From positions 1 to 64,000 of the forward strand of contig JAQGDQ010000185.1 in assembly GCA_030141605.1 (NCBI GenBank): a DNA stretch of 64,000 bases. Direction: 5' to 3'. A program made the position numbers and the translations under genes. This document shows positions 55,421 through 64,000 of the stretch, in pieces. Position 1 is the stretch's first letter. Each line of letters opens with the position of its first letter. The notes under the pieces were generated by a model. It was not told the DNA's origin. It saw only the letters and a program-made list of their open reading frames with translations, and did not search any database. Source of the DNA: Tubiluchus corallicola. Taxonomy: Eukaryota; Animalia; Priapulida.

Positions 55421-55558
55421 GGTGACCCGTAACAAAATCACAAGACAAAAATTACAATTAATTTTGACTAGGGTTAGGGTTAGGACTAGGATTAAGGTTA
55501 AGGTTATGGTTATTTCTTTTTGCCTATGACTTTTTTGTGTCACTTTTTGCGGAACTCC
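55421..55558. mobile_element. Foldback element with (TTAGGG)-like core
   Basis: Arms ggtgacccgtaacaaaatcacaagacaaaaattaca / tatgacttttttgtgtcactttttgcggaactcc around ctagggttagggttaggactaggattaaggttaaggtta. Confidence 0.65.
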
Positions 55559-55816
55559 ATTAGACAACATGTGATTCACACACATATAAAAACCTAATTT
55601 CAACACAAGCATAATTCATTACTTCGGTATTGTGTAGAAACGTATAACTAAAGAATTTCTTACGTATAGTATGACATCGTTGTGATTCGTAAGTATGATT
55701 TTTTCGTGACGTAAAATGTTTTTAAATAAATAACAAACCGAGACCTACTCTTAGTAAATTTGATCAAAAGAGGGATATATTTCAAAATATTTTTACAATA
55801 TGGGACAGATACTTGC

Positions 55817-56003
55817 ACGGTATGATATGTATTAGCTTAACTCCTGATTTTGTCAATGTACTGTTTTTTATTTATATTTTCTATACTATATCAGTTTATA
55901 TTAACATGGTATGATATGCATGGTATTATATATAGGAGCTATATCACGATTTTGTCAATGTATTGTTTTTATTTATTTTTTATACTATATCAATTTATAA
56001 TAA
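55817..56003. repeat. Imperfect ~90-100 bp tandem duplication
   Basis: ggtatgatatg...gattttgtcaatgta(c/t)tgttttt...tatactatatca..ttata..aac occurs twice. Confidence 0.8.
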
Positions 56004-56117
56004 CTTTAAATTTTAATTCATATTTTACTAATATTGTAAACGTGATACTTTTAATGGTCTGATTAGCAAATAAACTGCTGACTAGTGAACAAATAAATGA
56101 ATGAATGAATGAATGAA

Positions 56118-56842
56118 GTTCATGTGGCAATTATGAGAATGAATTGCAGTTTACTAAAAGCACACATGTATTCTAATTTCATTGCCCTTTCTCCACAATG
56201 CTCCTGTGGCTCTCCCTATGAAAATCCATTTTCTTATGCACTGTCCACGTTACCAACCAATCCGTACCTAGTATATCTATCCTATAAATGCGCTCTCTCG
56301 GAATAATATCCAAATACTACTATGTGGTATTTGGATATTATTCTCCTGATTCTAACAATGCTATAGTATCCGCTGCTATTTCGTTTATTATACAAAGTGG
56401 GCGCATTAATCAATAAAATTAAAACTATAATTCTTTAAATCTCTGAATTGTACCTTACAAGACAAATTCTTTATACTCCAGCGTTCCCGTGACCCCAACA
56501 CTTTCATCTTTCATTAGCTTCACTATCACTCATTCTATTTTTGTGCTTAACATCAACATCAAACACATCATAACCAGCTTGTCCCACCATTTCGCACGCC
56601 CGCTATTCTTACATATTCTAAAAAAAGTTGCATATCTTTCTAAATCTTGTGCTACTTAATGCATAACTAGCATTTCTTGTAATTGTGTGCCTAAGATATA
56701 AATGACGTATCTATTCACTGAAAGGCTTTTATATAGGTTACACCTGTTAACCGATCAGCGTTTAATTAATTACCCTTTGTTTTTTATTATAATGTACTTA
56801 TGATTGTAGTGTTTCTTATCAAATAAAAATATTGTTTTAACT
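56118..56842 (+). mobile_element. 5'-truncated CR1-group LINE (ORF2 C-terminus plus 3' UTR)
   Basis: VHVAIMRMNCSLLKAHMY...SPQCSCGSPYE then (frameshift) HFLMHCPRY...LLCG...NNAIVSAAISFIIQSGR. This matches the RLRxxCSxLxxHL..SPxCxCG..E..HFxxxCPxY signature. Ends aaataaaaatattgttttaact. Confidence 0.85.
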
Positions 56843-56941
56843 AATGAATGAATGAATGAGTGAATGAATGAATGAATGAATGAATGAATGAATGAATGAA
56901 TGAATGAATGAATGAATGAATGAATGAATGAATGAATGAAT
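56843..56941. repeat. (AATG)n microsatellite (shorter copy at 56092-56117)
   Basis: Directly visible. Confidence 0.95.
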
Positions 56942-57280
56942 GCACATTATTAGGCACTTTCTTGCCATTCCCTATACGCTAAAGAAAATGAGGCATTCTT
57001 TAATACAGCGTAGTGTAGCACGTGCATCCCATTCAGTCAGATATCTGTGCACCGCATTAGTGTGTGTACTTTCTCCATTAATACCCGCTTCAAAAACATT
57101 ATCCTTTGCGTGTGTGTCTGTTAGCTAATGCAACACCGGCAGCTGTCGCAGCTACTATGCAAGCAGTTGCGCTGACCAGTCCTCATGTAAATATCCTAGG
57201 TCATGATCACTTATGGCAAAGGCCAGGCAAATATGCATGGTTATTCAGCTATAGGGCAGGCCTCAATCATACATCGAGCA

Positions 57281-57474
57281 TCAGGAGAATACCCTCGCAA
57301 ATAATATCGCGAACGATCGAGTAGGGAATCGATCCATTTCATTGCCAATTTCCTGCGAATTGATGTGGATTCTGACAGACGATACTGCGGTCGGGACAGA
57401 CTTGCTGTCCTTTGGGTCATGTCCTAGGAAATACTTTATTTCAGCAGGATCAAGAACAATTTGTTGTGGCTTGC
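57281..57474 (-). CDS. Candidate terminal exon of an unknown gene (GKPQQIVLDPAEIKYFLGHDPKDSKS...RVFS*)
   Basis: Acceptor tattgtatcttgcag|GC, GC-elevated patch, open for 63 codons; phase-compatible with 58710-58790. Confidence 0.3.
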
Positions 57475-58709
57475 CTGCAAGATACAATAGGCTCCTGTTT
57501 CATGTTTGTTTCATACAACACATATTACATTGGTTTGCATAATAAATCGAAGTTTTGTAAAAACACTAGTTTCAGGCTTTTTTTTAAAGAAAATGAGAAT
57601 TTTATACTGATTTTTACCACTAATGAAATTTAATTACAGTAAAGTTTGCTCGGTTCTAATTTCTAAACATTTCAACAACCCCTTTGAACTGGCTTTTTTG
57701 TGCAACCTAAATAGATCTATAGATAAAAGCTTGACTTTATGGTTGTGAGTCCTCAGCAAAACTCATTTTGGGTGTCCGGCACTTTTAGCACAAACGTTTT
57801 GGTACAGACAGTTTGGTGTTACGCACAGGCGAATTTTGACATAGTTTATTTCGTAGCTATTGTTATCTTTCTAGGCACAATTAAATCTAGGCACAAGGAA
57901 TACCGGGCACAGATCACATTGATTACAAGGATTATTGGGCAAAGATTACTTTAGTCACAACGCGTGTTGGGCATATATCAGTCACTCAATGTATCATAAT
58001 TATAATAGTAATAACTTTTATTTAAAATTAGCTAAACATTCAAAAGACAGCACAAGCCAAGAGGCTTTTATCGCCAACTGTAAATAACAAATTACACCTA
58101 ATTAACAGAGATTGTTATCCTGCTTTTACCCTAATTATCCCAAATTAAGTAATGAATCTTAGAAAAATTTTTCGAATAATTAAGATTTTTGGTTTCGATC
58201 TAGCCCCTTTGAAGTTTTTGATTAGAATTGATTAAACACTCCGTTTCTATATTGCAACGCTGCTATAGGCCTTGTAATGGACTGACTGTCTTCTTCGTAA
58301 TAACCGTGTGTGTAATTGGTGAAGAAGTAATAATTAGTTTAAGGATTTCATGTGTAGCTGTTGACCTGTTCATGTGCTAATCTGTTGACTAAATTAAAAA
58401 TTTGGATAAATTCAAAATAAGTTTTATGGTGATAAATAAAGAAAACTTTTTTACATCATTTTTGATGATGATTTACTGATAAAAATTGTGTTTACTGTTT
58501 AATTATACGTGCTATAATTAATAATTTGCAGATCATACAACAGACGTAAGAAACAAAAATCTACACTTTTAATACGGACCTTTATCATTTCTGTAATCTC
58601 TTAAAACCGAAGCTCAGTTTTGCTTTTGCCGTAATACTTTCTGTAAACTTTTCAAATAATCGCATTAAAGTAGTGCTCTTTCTAAAACTGTTTGAAGATA
58701 ACATTTTAC

Positions 58710-58790
58710 CTTTCAGTCGATGACTGTGGCCAATGTGGCCGACAAGAAAGCCATAGATGTAACTGACGTCCTCGGGGAATCCATTAAAAT
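58710..58790 (-). CDS. Candidate internal exon (FNGFPEDVSYIYGFLVGHIGHSHRLK)
   Basis: Acceptor cgtttag|, donor AAG|gtaaaa, 81 nt, phase 1-1. Confidence 0.2.
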
Positions 58791-58841
58791 CTAAACGGTG
58801 CACCGTCTCATTAAACAATCACTATACATGTCTGACTTTCT

Positions 58842-59201
58842 GTATCAGGTTCTATAACTTATGCTCGCCATTGGCTTGACATCGAGTTACTTCTCGTCAT
58901 AGTAAATGGGGCTTGAATAGTCTGCTTGATCGCTATGCATCAAGGCATGGCTTCGAGAAGAAAAATCTGAATTCCCCCAGCAAAAAAGAAAACGCTCTAG
59001 CAAAGGAAACCATTTTCATGCAGCAAATGAATGCCGTCGTTTCTGGAGTCGTAATTACATGACTCGCATTTTTAACTGTTAGTGTTTTAAGAGTCATTGT
59101 TTTATAATAGTGTCTGTTTGACCAACAAGTTAAACAGAATGTAGTGAAATCATTTTCATTTATGACCTAACAGTGGCGAGCATAAGTTATAGAACCTGAT
59201 A
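58842..59201. mobile_element. MITE with 29-bp perfect inverted termini
   Basis: GTATCAGGTTCTATAACTTATGCTCGCCA / TGGCGAGCATAAGTTATAGAACCTGATAC; compatible with a TA TSD. Confidence 0.85.
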
Positions 59202-59654
59202 CGTCACAAAATTATTAGGTTATATATATATATATATAAATATTTATTTAGAATTAATATATGTAATAGATTCACTGGGTTAGTTGCGTAAATGAATAAT
59301 AAAAACAATATCACTTAGTAGTTAAGGAAACTCACACCTTCACATAAATGAAAAGGCATACTATATTCGATATTGAATTTGATTTTATGTTACGGGACAC
59401 AAATTATTCGCAACATAAATATTGCAGAATATAATTTTTAACTGCTGATGGTCTAAAATGGAAAAATCCCTTCGACGACTTGAATCGTTTAAAACATCAT
59501 GAACAAATGAAAGTGAGGTTTTGAGCCCATGGATCTTTTAAATTTTAAATAATCACGTTTGTCGTAGTTAGTATTATATTTACATTTAATAAATTTCAGA
59601 AAATTCTGTATTTCTCGCACGGAAGTAAAACTAAATTAGAACATCTGAAAATGT

Positions 59655-59722
59655 TTACCTCACTAGGACTCGAACCCAAGGCCGTCAGCTTTTCGCAGCT
59701 ATGCTAACCTTTGTACCATTAT
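59655..59722 (-). mobile_element. tRNA-like SINE head or tRNA pseudogene
   Basis: Minus strand A-box-like TGGTACAAAGG and B-box GGTTCGAGTCC; cloverleaf incomplete. Confidence 0.5.
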
Positions 59723-60465
59723 TTTAAATAACCGGAAGGGCGTCCATTTTGTCTAAAAGTTATCTGCGACAAACTTTTAATAAAAAGGCTTAAATTTTGA
59801 TGAGTTCTGTTAGCTCCTAAATTGCTTGTACAAATCAGAATTGAGACTTCAAAGCATCCTTTTTCAACTGAGTAAATACTCAAACTTTCAATATTTCTGC
59901 CAAGATTAATTAAAATGACTGAAGTTAATCACATATAATATTAAAATTTACGACTTTTCGCAAGCAAAAGTAAGCATTTACTCAGCTTTTTGTCAGTTAT
60001 CTCATCTGAAGTAATTATGGTTCTTGAAATGTAGTGACATTTGATGGCAATTGAGATTACAAAAACGTCTGTTTTTGTTGATGTTTCTATATTGCAAAAC
60101 ATGGTTACGTTATTGTAAGATTGTTCTCGTGCCAGCAATTGTCTAAATATTCATGTTATGCTACATGTGTGGCATCAAACTTAAATCTCCGAATCTGCTA
60201 TCTGCAAAATAAGAAAGCTTTCTAGTTTTGTGTTGCTGAAAATTAGCAGTTTTACCAGTTTTACATAAATTATGATTACTCAAAGATGGATACTCAAAGT
60301 TTTCTGATTAGGCCACGTATCCAGGTAATCGTCAGGCATGTATTATGGTAAAAATAATCAATAAAGCCTGACAAGCATAAATTTCTAAAGTTAATTAGTT
60401 AATTAGTGGTTTGCTAACTTTCTATCTGCCAATGGCTTGTTCCCAGTATTGCAACCCCTTTCAGG

Positions 60466-60671
60466 TTCAAGTTTAGGTCTATTATGCAGTGAGCGGCTCT
60501 CAGCACCATAATTCCACCCCTCTCCCTCTCTTTTTTCTTTCCCTCCTTTCTCTCTCTCTCTCTCTCGGTCTCTCTCTCTCTCTCTCTTTGTCCCTCTCGG
60601 TCTCTCTCTCTCTTTCTCTTTCTATCTCGATCTCCATCTCATATGATAGAGGGAAGCAATTTTGTGACGTA
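60466..60671 (+). repeat. Dispersed repeat copy 1 with internal (CT)n
   Basis: Near-identical flanks to 63202-63385. Confidence 0.9.
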
Positions 60672-61471
60672 CAACCAGTTTTGGCGCGTTTAAGTTCGGT
60701 AACTATAACACGTAACCACACAGTTATTTTCCTGTTCCAGTCTCACATATTATGCGCTAGCTATCACACATGTAGCATTTTACGCCGTCGCTAACAACAC
60801 AATTATTTTGCGCAACCTTTTCAGATAATTTTATGAATTTTCCCCAATGAACTTGCCTAGAAATACCAGTGCATCTGAGACGCTCTCTCTGCAGCTATCG
60901 CAGGCTTATTTAGGTATCTCATCGGCCTTAACGAGAGCAAAAACGGGATATTTCTTCATTTGGCATTAATGTAATGTAGGGAGTATTAACATGTATTAAT
61001 AATGCAAATGTGCAGAATGCATGGATGAAGCATGCAATATTCAGCATGTCTTGTTATAACCACATTGAGACCATCTAGAGAAAAGAAAGAACCAACTTTG
61101 CTAGCTTCATCGCTATGAAAAATGTAGACTTATTTCTCAATGCCGTAATGGTCACATGAAAAAAAGGATACTAAATTTTATCAGTATCTCTTGGGCACTG
61201 GTGAGTGCCATAAAAGAGCTGGTTGAGTGGTATTGTTATCTCGGCGAGTTTTGTCAGCAGTCGACTCATTTCACTGCAACAATTCAGGAACAGAACGTAT
61301 AAGAATTGTGCTTATTGTGCTGTAGGTTATCCGTGGCACATGAATGATATTACTGCGTTGATGTATAAAAGATTACGTCATTATTTTTATGATTTAATTA
61401 TCGTATAATTTTGCACAAAAATGATAATTTGTGTACCTAGAAAGCTCACTGTTGCAATATCGCAATCGCAG

Positions 61472-61870
61472 TCTTATAGACATCACCATTGCCACTGATG
61501 CCATCGCTGTATAGCATCACTGCCGTACACACCATCACCACCACCATCATCATCATTATCCCCAAACATCAAAACCAATAGCACGTTTATTATCGTCGAT
61601 GTAATTATTAACGCATCATCGTCATCGTTGTTGTAGTAATCAACGTGATAATAATCACCTCTGTCACCGCCGTATTCTTATAGACATCATCATCGCCACT
61701 GATGTCATTGCCGTTGCCCCTTGTCACCACTGCCGTACGCACCATCACCCACCATTATGATCACCACCCCCCAAACATCACCACCTATAGCGTTTTCATT
61801 ATCGTCGATTTCATCATCATCAGAAGCATCGTTTTCATAGTAATAATCATCTTCATAGTCACCGCCATCA
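61472..61870. repeat. ~204-bp tandem duplication of a degenerate (CAT/CAC) tract
   Basis: tcttatagacatca..gccactgatg starts at 61472 and 61676; shared cactgccgtac, ccccaaacatca, ttatcgtcgat, ataatca, gtcaccgcc. Confidence 0.85.
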
Positions 61871-63201
61871 TCCCGATAACGGCACAAAACTACGCCTTAC
61901 AACTTTATTTATTGCATGGAATGAATGTGGTTTCTGTACTGCCGTCAGAAACGTCTAGCCTTATGTGATACAGCCTTTATGCAAATCGATATGTGAAGAA
62001 TAATTGATTGTTATATAATCGAGTTATCAAGAGCAACACGATCGCTCTCATTTAGCGTTTTGGAGTGAGTTGATTTAATCCCTTAATGGATAGTCGATGT
62101 AATAGTTCAAAAGTCACAATTCGTCCTTTGATAGGCGCAAAGTGTTTTTATTTTAATTTTGGCAAGCGACCAAGTCTAGAATGGGTTTCACTGTTAAACC
62201 TCTACTGAGTTTTTCAGTTAACTGGATTTGGTGCTTGAGATAAAGATACTATGATTCTTCTAACTTTGCTACATTTAAAAAACCTCACTTTCTGTATGAA
62301 ATATATGGAATATTTACAATATATACAGTACTGAAACATACAGTAGTTAAATGCGATATAATAGTTATATTAAATATAATATAATCTAGCGTGACATACA
62401 AGCGATTTTTCGTAGGCGACAGAAATTGGAAGGCAAATGCCGAAACGTAGTAGCGAATAATGGCATCTAGCATCATTTTTTGCGTTATTATTTAGAATAA
62501 GTAATTATTTCAGTTTATTCTCGATGACTGTTTTCACAGTAATAAGATGTAATTACTTTGATTTATTTGCCGTCGTAATACAGGACGTTCCAAAAGAAGT
62601 GCAAATGTGAGAAAATGAACCTCTACTTTTGTATTATGACATCATAATGATGTAAAATATTTCACTGTGCCAAAGTTGCTGTCATATAACTTGGTATGAG
62701 CACATTTATTGGACATTGTATGGCGTTAATATTTGCATGCTTATGGCCTTTGTTAGCCCCCTATTCTTTTGGATCACTCTGTATAAGTAAATTCTTCTAA
62801 TGGGTAGATTTTTAGCTGTCTAGGAAAATAAGTGATGCATTATATCCCTCCCTATTTCTCACATGATTAACACGCGCGACGCAATTAGTGATGCGATAAT
62901 TAGATTGCAATTTGTTACGTTTAATTTGCCATCTTGCACCATTTTTCTCTCGTTGTGTTTTTGCTACTTAAAATTGAAATGGCTAAATGAAGAATTATTG
63001 TTTAAATACGACCGAGACAAAAAAGCTTGTGATATTGTGCTTATACATAGTTTAGGTGTGCTTACAGTCGTTACTATATTTGTGTTCACAAGCAAGTTGA
63101 ATGTTTCGCAGATGCTTTATCACATTTATCAACTTCTATGGCTGTTTCAGCCTGCCAAGTCTACACGATCCTTCCAAAGAATGACGTTCAGAAGATTGAC
63201 A

Positions 63202-63293
63202 TTCAAGTTTAGGTCTGTTATGCAGTGAGCGGCTCTCAGCACCATAATTCTACCCCTCTCACTCTTCCTTTCGCTCTCTTTTTTCTCTCCCTC

Positions 63294-63340
<47 letters not shown>

Positions 63341-63385
63341 TCGATCTCCATCTCATATGAGAGAGGGAAGCAATTTTGTGACGTA
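63202..63385 (+). repeat. Dispersed repeat copy 2 with internal (CT)n
   Basis: ttcaagtttaggtct.ttatgcagtgagcggctctcagcaccataatt...atctcgatctccatctcatatga..gagggaagcaattttgtgacgta is shared with copy 1. Confidence 0.9.
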
Positions 63386-64000
63386 TATGATCCTGAAAAT
63401 ACAAAAAAGTGTTCGACTAGTTTAAAACAATGAGGATTATATAAAATATAAAACGCTGCACCTGCAAGCTACCTGTAAGATTATGGGCTGTGCGCAGTGA
63501 TTATCCATACATTTATTAGAGTCATAAATCTGTTGTTATCGTTGCTATAATTCAAACTTTATTGTAGGGACTTATTCCCACTAGACGAAAGTCACCCAAT
63601 ACAGATTTTACTGTTTGTTAGAATCAAGATTTTACCATCACTACTTTTACATTTTTAATGAAGAATCAAGAAAGGTACAGCAAATTTCCAGGCAAATGCA
63701 ATCCATAAACCGTTATGAACTTAACTAATAGGGTTGTTCCTATAATGGGTTGATCACGCACTTCAAATGAACGTGCCATTGTTACATTATTGTGGCTTCT
63801 TTCATTTTAACTTATAAATAAATGCACGGAGATTAATGTTTAACTCCATCCATGATACATCTGTCTCGACAATGAGTGTTCTAATTTTTTATGGAAAACG
63901 GGTATGTGACAAAGGCAAACGCTTCACACATCATGACTTTCTGCAGAACGTCATCTCTGAACATGCAAATTAGCTGTTTGATGCTAAGGAAATGCTCAGT

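Noticed and set aside
44795-59722. Functional tRNA genes at 44795, 53126 and 59655
   Set aside because: A/B boxes are present but the cloverleaf stems do not close; treated as SINE heads or pseudogenes
41178-63385. Both duplicate pairs are ~2.73 kb apart
   Set aside because: The pairs share no sequence and differ greatly in divergence; treated as coincidence

Overview
AT-rich eukaryotic genomic DNA (roughly one-third GC by eye). It is most consistent with an invertebrate animal: GT-AG splice signals, TTAGGG-type repeats, abundant tri/penta-nucleotide microsatellites and metazoan-type transposons. I recognise no intact conserved protein-coding gene, rRNA, functional tRNA or CRISPR array, and most ORFs in the supplied track are microsatellite read-outs or chance ORFs. 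The window is mainly transposon debris: degenerate Academ-like, Ginger/KRBA2-like and IS3EU-like ORF fragments, a Buster-type hAT deletion derivative with an 8-bp TSD, PIF/Harbinger and other MITEs, several 5'-truncated LINE 3' ends, tRNA-derived SINE-like heads and a Helentron/HINE-like fragment. The best gene candidate is a phase-consistent 3-exon minus-strand model (12208-11050) for a 97-aa two-TM orphan membrane protein. Its UGA-C stop is followed by a 65-codon in-frame extension with another hydrophobic helix, so it is a readthrough candidate. Next to it, on the opposite strand, is a spliced 50-aa smORF carrying a perfect CtBP-type PLDLSxK motif. Both models were read by eye from splice signals and need RNA/ribosome data. 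All family assignments are from remembered motifs, not database searches.
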